From positions 2,342,687 to 2,406,686 of the forward strand of contig OZ244900.1 in NCBI GenBank assembly GCA_965221595.1: a stretch of 64,000 bases of DNA, read 5' to 3'. Position numbers and translations under genes: made by a program. The DNA is from Vicinamibacterales bacterium (GTDB lineage Bacteria > Acidobacteriota > Vicinamibacteria > Vicinamibacterales > UBA8438). The notes under the pieces are model-generated. The model did no database searches and was not told where the DNA came from. It saw only the letters and a list, made by a program, of their open reading frames with translations. Below, piece by piece: positions 10,156 to 19,159 of this stretch (its first letter is position 1; every line of letters begins with the position of its first letter).

Positions 10156-11375
10156 ACCCTGCCCTGCAAGCCATGTCCGGAACCGTATATCGCAAAGGGT
10201 TGGACCTGAAGCAGGACGTGGCCGGGGCCATTGCGAACGACTACCACAGCCGGCTGGTCGAGACGATGCGCGCGGCGGGCTACGCCTCGCAGGCCGGTCG
10301 CCTGACCGTCCGCCTGCCGCGGGAGTTCGGCTTCTGCTACGGCGTCGATCGCGCGGTCGACTACGCGTATCAGACGCGGCGTCGGTTCCCGGACCGGCGC
10401 GTCTTCCTGGCCGGCGAGATCATCCACAACCCGAACGTCAACGGCCGGCTGCGGGCAGCCGGCGTTCGTTTCCTGGACGACCTCGGCCCCTCAATCGACC
10501 GCCTCGACCCAGCCGATGTCGTCATCATTCCGGCGTTCGGCGTGACCGTGGAGGCGCTCGAGCGTCTGCAGCGCCGGGGCTGCACCCTCGTCGACACGAC
10601 CTGCGGCTCCGTGCTCAACGTCTGGAAGAACGTCCGCCGGTACGCGCGCGACGGCTATACGGCCATCATCCACGGCAAGGCGCACCACGAGGAAACGCGG
10701 GCGACCGCGTCGCAGGCCGCGGACGTCAACGCCGGGAGCTACCTCATCGTTCGCGACCGGTCGCAGGCGGAGATCGTGTGCGGGCAGATCCGCGGCACGG
10801 TCGACCGCGAGCGGTTCCTGACCACATTCGCGGACGCCTGCTCGCCCGGATTCGATCCGGACCGCGACCTTGAACGCGTAGGCCTCGCCAATCAGACGAC
10901 GATGCTGATGACCGAGTCGATCGAGGTCGGCGAGATGATTCGGCTGGCGATGATCGAGCGGTACGGCGCGGCCGGGCTGGCGCGGCACTACCGGGCGTTC
11001 GAGACCATCTGCAGCGCGACCCAGGACCGCCAGGACGCCGTGGTCGAGCTGCTCGACGAACACGCGCTCGATCTCGCGGTCGTGATCGGCGGCTACAACA
11101 GCAGCAATACACGCAATCTGGCCCGCATCTGCGCGGAACGCATCCCGACGTATCACATCGCCGACCCGGCGTGCCTCGTGTCGGCCGCGGAGCTCCGGCA
11201 CCGTCCCCTGTCGGCAGGTGCAAGCGCCGACCCCGGCGCCGGGCAGGTGACGGCCCGTGCCTGGCTCCCGCCGGGCGGCGCGGTCGCGATTGCGGTGACC
11301 GCCGGCGCGTCGACACCCGACAGCATCGTGGGCGCGGTCATCGAGAAGCTCGTCTCCTTCGCCGTCGACCGCTGA
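10152..11375 (+). CDS. ispH: 4-hydroxy-3-methylbut-2-enyl diphosphate reductase (long form)
   Basis: FGFCYGVDRAV, IIHNPNV, IIPAFGV, DTTCGSV, HGKAHHEET, ANQTTM, ICSATQDRQDA, VIGGYNSSNT. GTG at 10152 overlaps the anti-sigma stop; an alternative ATG lies at 10173. Confidence 0.9.
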   Translation: MNPALQAMSGTVYRKGLDLKQDVAGAIANDYHSRLVETMRAAGYASQAGRLTVRLPREFGFCYGVDRAVDYAYQTRRRFPDRRVFLAGEIIHNPNVNGRLRAAGVRFLDDLGPSIDRLDPADVVIIPAFGVTVEALERLQRRGCTLVDTTCGSVLNVWKNVRRYARDGYTAIIHGKAHHEETRATASQAADVNAGSYLIVRDRSQAEIVCGQIRGTVDRERFLTTFADACSPGFDPDRDLERVGLANQTTMLMTESIEVGEMIRLAMIERYGAAGLARHYRAFETICSATQDRQDAVVELLDEHALDLAVVIGGYNSSNTRNLARICAERIPTYHIADPACLVSAAELRHRPLSAGASADPGAGQVTARAWLPPGGAVAIAVTAGASTPDSIVGAVIEKLVSFAVDR

Positions 11376-11452
11376 GTCCGACGGCCGCGGTAAACGAGAC
11401 CACCGCCGGCGCCGTCTCCAAGAACACAGGCACGCCACGACGGAGGACCCGC

Positions 11453-11881
11453 ATGCATCGAGGCTGCACCGCCACCCTGGTCGGTCTGCTTGTCGTTCTG
11501 CTCGTCGGCGACGCCGCCGCGCAACGGCGGCACAAGTGGTGGCAATCCGACGAGGTGCGGGCCGAGCTGGAGTTGACCGACGCGACTGCAGCGGCGCTCG
11601 AAGCGATCTTTCAGACCGCGCGACCGAAACAGCACGCGCTGATGCGGGAGCTCCGCCGGGAAGAGGCGGCCCTCTCGCGCGTGATACGCGCGCCGGAGGC
11701 CGGCGAGGCGGCTGTCATACGGCAGATCGACCGGGTGGAGAGCGTGCGCAGCGCACTGAGCCGGGGGCGGATCCTGATGCTGTACCGCATGCGCCGCGAG
11801 CTGACAGCCGCACAGCAGGACGCGCTGCACCAGTGGATGCGCCGTAACCGAGTCCATCGGCAACCGCCCATGTGCCGCTGA
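11453..11881 (+). CDS. Periplasmic Spy/CpxP-like (LTXXQ motif) protein
   Basis: In frame within ORF 11171..11881. GGAGGA at 11442-11447 precedes ATG at 11453. Signal peptide MHRGCTATLVGLLVVLLVGDAAAQ, helical repeats and ELTAAQQ. Confidence 0.6.
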   Translation: MHRGCTATLVGLLVVLLVGDAAAQRRHKWWQSDEVRAELELTDATAAALEAIFQTARPKQHALMRELRREEAALSRVIRAPEAGEAAVIRQIDRVESVRSALSRGRILMLYRMRRELTAAQQDALHQWMRRNRVHRQPPMCR

Positions 11882-11954
11882 CGGGCGGGGGTAACGCAAT
11901 CGCGCCGGCGGGCCGCACGGCACCGACGGCACACTCGAGGAGGATGGAGACGCA

Positions 11955-13583
11955 ATGATCGCAACACGAGGGCGTATCTGGTCCGTGGGCCTGCTGGTGC
12001 TGCTGGTCACCGCTCGCGGTGCGGCGCAAGGCCCGACCTTCGACCTGGCGCGGCTGGATGCAGCGAGCCCACTGCTGCAGGCAGACCGCGTGTTCGACCT
12101 GACGGTGGACGATGCGCTCGAACGCGCACTCGACCGCAATCTCGACATTGCCGTCGAGCGTCTCAACCCCCAGCTGCAGGACCTGTCCATCGCCGAGGCG
12201 AACGCGGCGTTCATGCCCAACCTCAACTCCAACTTCGATCTCGGCCGCAGCGTGACCCCCTCGCGGTCCCAGCTCGACGGGCGCCTGTCGCAGTTGCCCG
12301 TCAACACGGAGACCGGAGGGGCCGGCGTCGGTGTCGAGCAAGCCGTCAAGTGGTACGGTGGCCGATACTCTCTCGACTGGGACAACGGGCGCACCGAAAC
12401 CAACAACGTCTTCTTCAGCTACAACCCGAGCTTCCGGAGCTTCGTCGCACTCTCCTACACGCAGCCGCTGCTGCGCGGGCGGCGTATCGACGCGCCGCGG
12501 CGCCAGCTGCTCGTCAGCCAGCTCAATCGGGACATCTCCGACATCGACCTGCGCGAGACGATCACCAACACCGTGGCGGAGGTCCGCCGCGCCTACTGGG
12601 ACCTCGTCTACGCGAAGGCCAGCGTCGACGTCCAGCTGCAGGCGCTCGAACTCGCCGAACAGCTCGTTCGCGACAACCGCGCACGGGTCGAGATCGGCAC
12701 GCTCGCGCCCATCGACATCGTGCAGGCGCAGTCCGAGGCCGCGCAGCGCCGGCAGGCGGTCGCCGAGGCCGAACAGAACCTCCGCACGGCCGAGCTGCTG
12801 CTCAAGCAGCTCATCGTCGGCGGCACGGACGACGACGTGTGGGATGCGGAGATCAACACGGTCGATCGGCCGGTGCTGGACTTCGGCCCGATCGACGTGG
12901 ACGCCGCCATCCGCACGGCGCTCGATGCCCGCACGGATATCGCACGCACCCGGCGTCAGCAGGAGATCAACGACGTCACGCTGCGCAATCTGGCGAACGA
13001 CACGCTGCCGTCGCTCGACCTGGTCGGCTCGTATCGACTGCAGGGCCAGGGCGGCACGCGGCTCGTCCCCCAGACCTTCGGCGACCTCCCGGTCCTCGGC
13101 GGCAGCACCGTCGACGTGATTCCGGGCGGGTACGCGGATGCTCTCGCCCACCTGGCCGGCGCCGACTTCCCGGACTGGACGGTCCAGCTCCAGCTTTCCT
13201 ACCCGCTCGGACAGAGCGCCCAACGGGCGGCGCATGCGCGCGCACAGCTGCAGATCCGGCAGACTCGCGCGCAGCTCCGACAGCTCGAGCTGCAGATAGC
13301 CACGGAGGTCACGAACGCGGCGGTTCAGATCCGGAGCGTGCAGCAGCGCATCGACGCGGCGCGCGCGGCGCGTGAACTCGCGGAGGAGCAGCTGGCGGCC
13401 GAGGAGAGCAAGTTCGAAGTCGGCACGTCGACCAATTTCTTCGTCGTGCAGGCCCAGCGCGACCTGGCGACGGCCCGCGACAACGAACTGCGGGCCATCC
13501 TCGACTACCAGAACGCCGTCATCGAGTTCGAGCGGGTCCAGCAGACGTCGCTGGACCGGGCCGGAATCTCGATCATTCCGTAG
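11955..13583 (+). CDS. TolC-family outer membrane efflux protein
   Basis: Signal peptide, LTVDDALERALDRNLDIAV, and two repeated alpha/beta halves with the typical Q/A/L-rich coiled segments (YRRAYWDLVYA, LDYQNAVIEFERV). Confidence 0.85.
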   Translation: MIATRGRIWSVGLLVLLVTARGAAQGPTFDLARLDAASPLLQADRVFDLTVDDALERALDRNLDIAVERLNPQLQDLSIAEANAAFMPNLNSNFDLGRSVTPSRSQLDGRLSQLPVNTETGGAGVGVEQAVKWYGGRYSLDWDNGRTETNNVFFSYNPSFRSFVALSYTQPLLRGRRIDAPRRQLLVSQLNRDISDIDLRETITNTVAEVRRAYWDLVYAKASVDVQLQALELAEQLVRDNRARVEIGTLAPIDIVQAQSEAAQRRQAVAEAEQNLRTAELLLKQLIVGGTDDDVWDAEINTVDRPVLDFGPIDVDAAIRTALDARTDIARTRRQQEINDVTLRNLANDTLPSLDLVGSYRLQGQGGTRLVPQTFGDLPVLGGSTVDVIPGGYADALAHLAGADFPDWTVQLQLSYPLGQSAQRAAHARAQLQIRQTRAQLRQLELQIATEVTNAAVQIRSVQQRIDAARAARELAEEQLAAEESKFEVGTSTNFFVVQAQRDLATARDNELRAILDYQNAVIEFERVQQTSLDRAGISIIP

Positions 13584-13599
13584 CAGCCGTGGCAATGGC

Positions 13600-13683
13600 G
13601 TGTCGGTCACCGTCGGGGACATCGTCGACACGGTGGCCGCGACCGGCTCGCTCGAGGTCGTTACGATGGTGCAGGTCGGCGCG
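13600..13683 (+). pseudogene. Possible remnant of a periplasmic adaptor (HlyD/MacA-type membrane fusion protein) gene
   Basis: Immediately after the tolC-like stop, the frame of ORF 13372..13779 reads VSVTVGDIVDTVAATGSLEVVTMVQVGA. This matches the hallmark N-proximal MFP pattern (V.RGDI...V.ATG.L.....V.VG). There is no upstream membrane anchor, and the frame dissolves into folK antisense after 28 codons. Confidence 0.3.
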
Positions 13684-14206
13684 TCTCGACCCGATCGAGT
13701 CGCTGCGGTGCGAGTAGCGGCGCGCAGGCGTCCGCCGCGTCGAGCTGCGCCAGCAGCGCCCGCACGCTCATGCCGCTGACCGGATCCACCAGGTCCGGCG
13801 CCACCTCGACCAGTGGTGCGAGTACGAAGCGGCGCTCCCTGAACCGTGGATGCGGCACCTCGAGCACGGGCGTGGAGACAGTCAATCCGCCCATCAGGAT
13901 GAGGTCCAGATCCAGCGTGCGCGGGGCGTGGCGGAACGGACGCCGACGTCCGCGGGCGTTCTCGATCTCGTGCAGCCGCGCCAGCAGGTCCGCCGGCGCA
14001 GCCGCCGACCGGCCCACCATGACCGCATTGAGATAGCGCGGCCCGCCGACCGCGGCGCCGCCGCAGGGTGCCGTGTCGATGAATCCGGAAACGACCGGCG
14101 CCTCGAGAAGGGGACGGAGACGGGCGACGGCGTAGCGCAGGTGGGCCTCGCGGTCGCCGAGGCTACTGCCGAGGGCGACCGCGGTCGGGAGCAGACGGGC
14201 ACGCAT
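13661..14206 (-). CDS. folK: 2-amino-4-hydroxy-6-hydroxymethyldihydropteridine diphosphokinase
   Basis: ALGSSLGDR, YLNAV, IENARGR, PRTLDLDLIL, VPHPRFRERRFVLAPL. Confidence 0.85.
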   Translation of the reverse strand: MRARLLPTAVALGSSLGDREAHLRYAVARLRPLLEAPVVSGFIDTAPCGGAAVGGPRYLNAVMVGRSAAAPADLLARLHEIENARGRRRPFRHAPRTLDLDLILMGGLTVSTPVLEVPHPRFRERRFVLAPLVEVAPDLVDPVSGMSVRALLAQLDAADACAPLLAPQRLDRVETRRPAPS

Positions 14207-14224
14207 GCGGAACGACTACGGGGC

Positions 14225-14560
14225 TCATCCCTGCTGCTTTTCCTTGCACCTGATGCAGACGCGGGTCCAGGGAATCGCTTTCAACCGCGCAGGAGCGATC
14301 GGCTCGCCGCAATCGCTGCAGATGCCGAACGTCCCCTGGCTCATCCGCCATAGGGCCTCCTCGATTGCCTTCATGATCTTGGCGTCGGTCTGGCGCACCT
14401 TGAGCTGGATGTGGACCTCGTTCGTACCGTCGGCCTGGTCGGCGAGATCGCCCTGGCGCGTGTTGTACTCCATCGACGTCTGGAACGGCCGGATTCCACC
14501 CTCGGCCAGGATCTCACCGCGCTTGCGCAGCAGTGCCGCCTTGTATGGCGTCACGTCCAT
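14225..14560 (-). CDS. DksA/TraR-family C4 zinc-finger protein
   Basis: ORF 14225..14599 trimmed to MDVTPYK (ATG at 14560). Coiled-coil region, then CSDCGEPI...RVCIRC. Confidence 0.85.
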   Translation of the reverse strand: MDVTPYKAALLRKRGEILAEGGIRPFQTSMEYNTRQGDLADQADGTNEVHIQLKVRQTDAKIMKAIEEALWRMSQGTFGICSDCGEPIAPARLKAIPWTRVCIRCKEKQQG

Positions 14561-14642
14561 GGTGTTCCCTCGGTCGCCGGCGCGCACGCCCCCCTCCAAA
14601 ACTCGATGATAGCACGCGGTCCCGGCCGGACCGACCGCGCCG

Positions 14643-17201
14643 CTACTCCGCGCGCAGCGTCGCCAGCGGCCTGCGGCGCAGCACGTCGAGACTCGCCGCC
14701 ACGCCTACGCTGCCCACGACCAGCGCCGTCACCAGGGCGCCGCCGACGTTGGCGAGAAGGGACGGAAACCAGGCGATCTCGAACACCTGGCGGGCCAGCG
14801 CCCACGTCAGGATCAACGCACCGATGGAACCGACGCCGCCGGCAAGCAGACCCAGGACGCCGTACTCCAGGATCAGCATCAGCGTCAGCATCCGCGCGCT
14901 GGCCCCCAGCGTCTTGAACACGGCCGCCTCGTGGAGGCGCTGGAACTTCGTCATCGCCACCGCCCCGACCAGGATCAGGCCGCCGCTGAACAGCGCAATG
15001 CCCCCGACGACGGAGATGGCCAGCGTGACGTAGTCGAGCACGCGCCGCACTGTCTGCAGCACGGTGAGGCCGTCGATTACGGACACGTTCGGATAGCCGG
15101 CCACCAGGTCGCGCTGGAGTTGCGCCCGCGCGGCGCCGTCGGCCGGCCCCTGCATGAACGCGATGTACGTGTGAGGTGCGTTGCCGAACGATCCGGGCCG
15201 GAACAGGAACATGAAGCCGCCGCTGCGGGTATCGTCCCACTGCACCTCCCGCACACTCGTCACGCGCGCGGCAATCTCCCGGCCCAACACGTCGAACCGG
15301 ACCGTATCGCCCAGCTCGATCCCCCGCTCGTCCCGCAAATCCTCCTCGATCGATATCTCCGGTTCCGCGGCCGGCGCAGCGTCCCAGAACCTGCCCGCTA
15401 TGACCCGCTCGTTATCCGCCAGGCCGGCCCGGTAGGTGACCGTGTACTCGCGCCCCAGGCCCGCGCGGCGCGCGCCGCGCGGACTGTCGAACGACAGCCG
15501 GCGTCCGTCGACACCCGTGACGCGCGCCCGCAGCACCGGAATCAATGGCGGCGCCTCGCCCAGGGCGGTTTCGAGAAGCGCGCGCACGCCCTCGGCCTGG
15601 TCCTGCTGGATGTCGATCAGGAACATGTCGGGCGCATCGTCACGCAGCTCCCGGTCGAAGTTGCCGAGCAGGTTGGTCTGCATCGCGCGGACGCCGATGA
15701 TGAAGAAGCTGCCCAATCCGACGGCCAGCAGAATCACGCGCGTCTGATTGCCCGGACGTCCCAGACTCAGGGCGGCATGCCGCAGCGCGAACCAGGGCGT
15801 GCGCTCGAGCGGCGTCACCGCCTTCACGAGGCCGCGCCCGATGAGGTGCAGCGCGGCCGCCACCGCGGCGAACCCGCCGCTCACGTACAGACCGACCTCC
15901 ACCGAGGCCGCCTGCCAGACGGCCACCGCCACGAGGCCGGCGCCCACCAGGCTGATCACCGCGGCCCGCGTCCAGTCGATGCCGGCCGGCGGGCGCACTG
16001 CGTCCCGGCGCAACAGCAGCAGCGGCTTGGCGTGGCGCACCTCCAGCAGCGGCACCAGCGCGAAGAGCACCGAGACGAGCAGGCCGACGGCCGCCCCCTG
16101 CACCATCGCCGATCCGGTCAGCTCCGTCGAGACGGTCGTCAGCCCGGCCGCGGTCGCCGCCTGCGCGGTCAGCGAATCGGGCACGGCCGCCAGCGCCACG
16201 CGCGCCACGCCGATGCCCAGCAGACTCCCGCCCAGTCCCAGCAGACCAATCTGGGTCACGTAGACGGCCAGCACCCGGCCGCCCGTCGCGCCGAGGCACT
16301 TGAGTATCGCCACGCTGCGCAGGCGCTGCTGGACGAAGACGCGGGTCACACTCCAGACCCCGATGCCGCCCAGAATGACGATGACGAAACCGATCAGGCT
16401 CAGGTAGTCCTCGGTCCGTCCCAGATTGCGTTCGATACGGCTCTCCTGCCCGCGATACGAGCGGACCCGGGCCATCTCCTCCTGCAGGTCCTCGCGCAGC
16501 AAGGCCACCAGCGGATCGATGACCGGAGCCTCGACCTGCAGCAGGATCTGGCGGGTGGCGCGGCTGGCGAACCCCAGCACCCCGGTCTCCTCGACTCCCG
16601 CATAGTCGACCAGCACGCGCGGTCCGAAGCTGAACGCCCCCAGGCGCCGGCCCGGCTCCGTGAGGATGGCGCCGCGAATCGTGAACGCGACGTCCCCGAT
16701 CAGGATGTCGTCGCCCACCGCCAGACCGAGCTGCGCGAGCAGCTCGGGTGCAACCAGTGCACCGTGGTCCCGGAGCAGATCGAACGAGTAGGCGCCGCCG
16801 TCGGCCAAGCGGAACCGCCCGTAGAACGGAAAGTCGGCCTGCACGCCGCGCAGCTCGACCACCTTCGTCCGGGGGGCAGCCCCGGCGGCGGCCCGGACCA
16901 TGGTCGTCGTATCCACAATCTCGGTGCGCCGCAGCGGTTCCACGTCCGCCAGCCGCCCGTCGATGATGCGCCGTACGTCGTCGGACCACGGGCGGTCGGT
17001 GCGGATCGAGACATCGCCGGCGAGCAGGGTCCGGGCTTCCGCAGCCAGGGCCACGCGCACATTCTGTATCAGCGAGCGCAGCGCCACGATGGCGGCTACG
17101 CCGACCGCGATGCAGACGAAGAAGAACGCGACGCGTCGCCACGACGACCGCAGCTCCCGGCCCGCCATCCTGAGGATGAACCGCATCGGCCCGCTCAGCA
17201 C
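14643..17201 (-). CDS. ABC transporter permease, duplicated FtsX/MacB-type (YbbP-like)
   Basis: 852 aa with two FtsX-like four-helix modules separated by large periplasmic domains. The start overlaps the stop of the upstream ATPase gene. Confidence 0.85.
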   Translation of the reverse strand: MLSGPMRFILRMAGRELRSSWRRVAFFFVCIAVGVAAIVALRSLIQNVRVALAAEARTLLAGDVSIRTDRPWSDDVRRIIDGRLADVEPLRRTEIVDTTTMVRAAAGAAPRTKVVELRGVQADFPFYGRFRLADGGAYSFDLLRDHGALVAPELLAQLGLAVGDDILIGDVAFTIRGAILTEPGRRLGAFSFGPRVLVDYAGVEETGVLGFASRATRQILLQVEAPVIDPLVALLREDLQEEMARVRSYRGQESRIERNLGRTEDYLSLIGFVIVILGGIGVWSVTRVFVQQRLRSVAILKCLGATGGRVLAVYVTQIGLLGLGGSLLGIGVARVALAAVPDSLTAQAATAAGLTTVSTELTGSAMVQGAAVGLLVSVLFALVPLLEVRHAKPLLLLRRDAVRPPAGIDWTRAAVISLVGAGLVAVAVWQAASVEVGLYVSGGFAAVAAALHLIGRGLVKAVTPLERTPWFALRHAALSLGRPGNQTRVILLAVGLGSFFIIGVRAMQTNLLGNFDRELRDDAPDMFLIDIQQDQAEGVRALLETALGEAPPLIPVLRARVTGVDGRRLSFDSPRGARRAGLGREYTVTYRAGLADNERVIAGRFWDAAPAAEPEISIEEDLRDERGIELGDTVRFDVLGREIAARVTSVREVQWDDTRSGGFMFLFRPGSFGNAPHTYIAFMQGPADGAARAQLQRDLVAGYPNVSVIDGLTVLQTVRRVLDYVTLAISVVGGIALFSGGLILVGAVAMTKFQRLHEAAVFKTLGASARMLTLMLILEYGVLGLLAGGVGSIGALILTWALARQVFEIAWFPSLLANVGGALVTALVVGSVGVAASLDVLRRRPLATLRAE

Positions 17202-17851
17202 GTCCGCCCGTCGCGCATCGAGAGCACGAGGTCGGCACGCTCCGTCAGGTCGGAATCGTGCGTCACCATCACGATGGTCGTCTGCCGTTTCCGGTTCACG
17301 TCGACCAGCAGATCGACCACGTGGCGGCCGTTGGCGGTGTCGAGGTTGCCGGTCGGCTCGTCGGCCAGCAGGATTGGCGGATCGTTGGCCAGCGCGCGCG
17401 CGATCGCGACGCGCTGCTGCTCGCCACCCGAAAGCTGCGAGGGATAGTGATGCCCCCGGGCGGTGAGCCCGACGTCCTGCAGCAGCTCGGACGCCTTGTC
17501 CGCAGCGCGCCCGTCGCCCGCGATTTCCAGCGGCACGAGGACATTCTCGAAGGCGCTCAGCGACGGGATCAGATGAAAGAACTGGAACACGAAGCCGATC
17601 TTTTCGCCGCGCAGCCTCGCCAACCGGTCTTCGTCGAGCCCCGTGATCTCGACGCCGTCGATCGCGATCGCGCCGCTCGACGGCGTATCGAGCCCCGCGA
17701 TCAGGCCCAGCAGGGTGGACTTGCCGCTACCGGAGGGCCCGACGATGGCAACGAACCGGCCCGCCGGCACCGACAGATCGAGCGGGTGGAGGATCGTGAG
17801 GGGACGACCGCCGCTGAGCACGGTCTTCGACACTCCGCGCAGCTCGATCAT
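17195..17851 (-). CDS. ABC transporter ATP-binding protein (YbbA/LolD-like)
   Basis: Walker A GPSGSGKST, Q-loop, signature LSGGEQQRVAIARA, Walker B ILLADEPTGNLD. Confidence 0.9.
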   Translation of the reverse strand: MIELRGVSKTVLSGGRPLTILHPLDLSVPAGRFVAIVGPSGSGKSTLLGLIAGLDTPSSGAIAIDGVEITGLDEDRLARLRGEKIGFVFQFFHLIPSLSAFENVLVPLEIAGDGRAADKASELLQDVGLTARGHHYPSQLSGGEQQRVAIARALANDPPILLADEPTGNLDTANGRHVVDLLVDVNRKRQTTIVMVTHDSDLTERADLVLSMRDGRTC

Positions 17852-18612
17852 CGTCCTGCCGGCCGATCGTGCATCGCGCGGCTGCTCCCCATCTCCCCCA
17901 GCAGCGGCTCGAGCGCTGACCAGACGTGAGCCGCGACGCGCTCGGCGCCGCGGGCGTTGGGATGGATGCCGTCCGCCTGGTTGAGATCCGGCACGCCGGC
18001 CACCCCTTCCAGCAGAAACGGCAGAAACTCCACGTCGTACTTCGCCGCGAGCTGCTCGAACACGCCCCGAAACGCATCCGTGTAGGTAGCGCCGAAGTTG
18101 GGCGGCGACTCCATGCCCGCGAGCAGCACGCGGATGCCGCGCGCGCGAGCGGCCGCTATCATCTGCTCGAGATTGTCCCGCATCTGATCGATCGGCAGCC
18201 CGCGCAGGCCATCGTTGCCCCCGAGCGCCAGAATCAGGATGCGGACGTCACCGTCCAGCGCCCACTCGAGACGCCGCAGGCCGCCGGCCGTCGTCTCGCC
18301 GGACACGCCGGCATTGACGATCCGCAGGCGGTGGCCGGCACGGTCGAGGTGCTCCTGCAGTCTGGCCGGATAGGCCTCCTCGGAGAGCAGCCCGAGGCCG
18401 GCGGTGAGCGAGTCGCCGAACGCGACAATCAGCGGCGCGTCCGGCGGCCGGCCGACCGGCCGGTCCGCGCCGCCGACGCGCGCGGCGGATGCCGCGCGCT
18501 CCCCGCCGTCCGTGGCCGCGGGCGCACAGGCCGAACCCCACAAGCAGCCGAACGCCGCGACGCAGGCGACCGCACGCTGCCACGGGCCGCCGCGCTGCCC
18601 TGCGTGCCTCAT
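17848..18612 (-). CDS. SGNH/GDSL arylesterase / thioesterase I-like protein (TesA-like), secreted
   Basis: Blocks FGDSLTAG, GGNDG, DGIHPN, with an N-terminal signal or lipobox-like region. ATGA-type overlap with the ABC ATPase gene. Confidence 0.8.
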   Translation of the reverse strand: MRHAGQRGGPWQRAVACVAAFGCLWGSACAPAATDGGERAASAARVGGADRPVGRPPDAPLIVAFGDSLTAGLGLLSEEAYPARLQEHLDRAGHRLRIVNAGVSGETTAGGLRRLEWALDGDVRILILALGGNDGLRGLPIDQMRDNLEQMIAAARARGIRVLLAGMESPPNFGATYTDAFRGVFEQLAAKYDVEFLPFLLEGVAGVPDLNQADGIHPNARGAERVAAHVWSALEPLLGEMGSSRAMHDRPAGR

Positions 18613-18626
18613 ACGATCCTTCTATC

Positions 18627-19118
18627 CTACACGCCCCGGGCAGCGGCCTTCGACCGGCTGCGCTGCCGCCGGCGGTGCCCGACCCATGCATACGCGGCCG
18701 CGTTGAGCACTATCACGGCGCTGCCGAGCACGATCTGCCCGCTACGTGTCAGGCCGGCGGGGTACAGCAGGGCCACCACGTAGCGCTCGACGAAGTCGCC
18801 GCCGTAGCCTTGCCCGCCCGCACGCGCACGCAGCCAGTTTTCCAGAGGGGTCAGCGGACAGATGGCCCCGGACCACTCGATGGCCACGCCCCAGGCCGCG
18901 GCCGGCAGGTGCAGCCAGGCCAGCCGCGGCCACCAGCGCACGCCCAGGCCACCCAGCACGACGAAGGCAACGAAAGCGAGATGCAGCAGCACCACGGCAT
19001 CCGCCAGCAACGACCACGGCAACAGCCTTCCTCCCGTGCGCAGGCAGCCCGACGCGGCCGCATCTCCAGGATAGCCGGACGGGCACCTGCCGTGACGGCT
19101 CGTGGTAGCCGTCGCCAC
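18627..19118 (-). CDS. DUF2784-like membrane protein
   Basis: LLADAVVLLHLAFVAFVVLGG...LPAAAWGVAIEWSGAICPLTPLENWLR, as I recall for DUF2784. The true start is probably downstream of 19118 at an alternative codon. Confidence 0.55.
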   Translation of the reverse strand: MATATTSRHGRCPSGYPGDAAASGCLRTGGRLLPWSLLADAVVLLHLAFVAFVVLGGLGVRWWPRLAWLHLPAAAWGVAIEWSGAICPLTPLENWLRARAGGQGYGGDFVERYVVALLYPAGLTRSGQIVLGSAVIVLNAAAYAWVGHRRRQRSRSKAAARGV

Positions 19119-19159
19119 GCTTTTCGGGTACGATTTCCCGCACCTTTTCGGAAGGCGAC

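Noticed and set aside
14617-14633. 6-bp hairpin CGGTCC-cggcc-GGACCG downstream of the ABC permease gene as a terminator
   Set aside because: The stem is short, there is no U tract, and it sits in the putative dksA-like promoter region. It is too weak to list as a feature.
17195-18612. tesA-like / ABC ATPase / FtsX permease arrangement as something novel
   Set aside because: The tesA association with ybbA-ybbP is well known (divergent in E. coli). The co-directional, overlapping version here is a minor variation rather than a new system.
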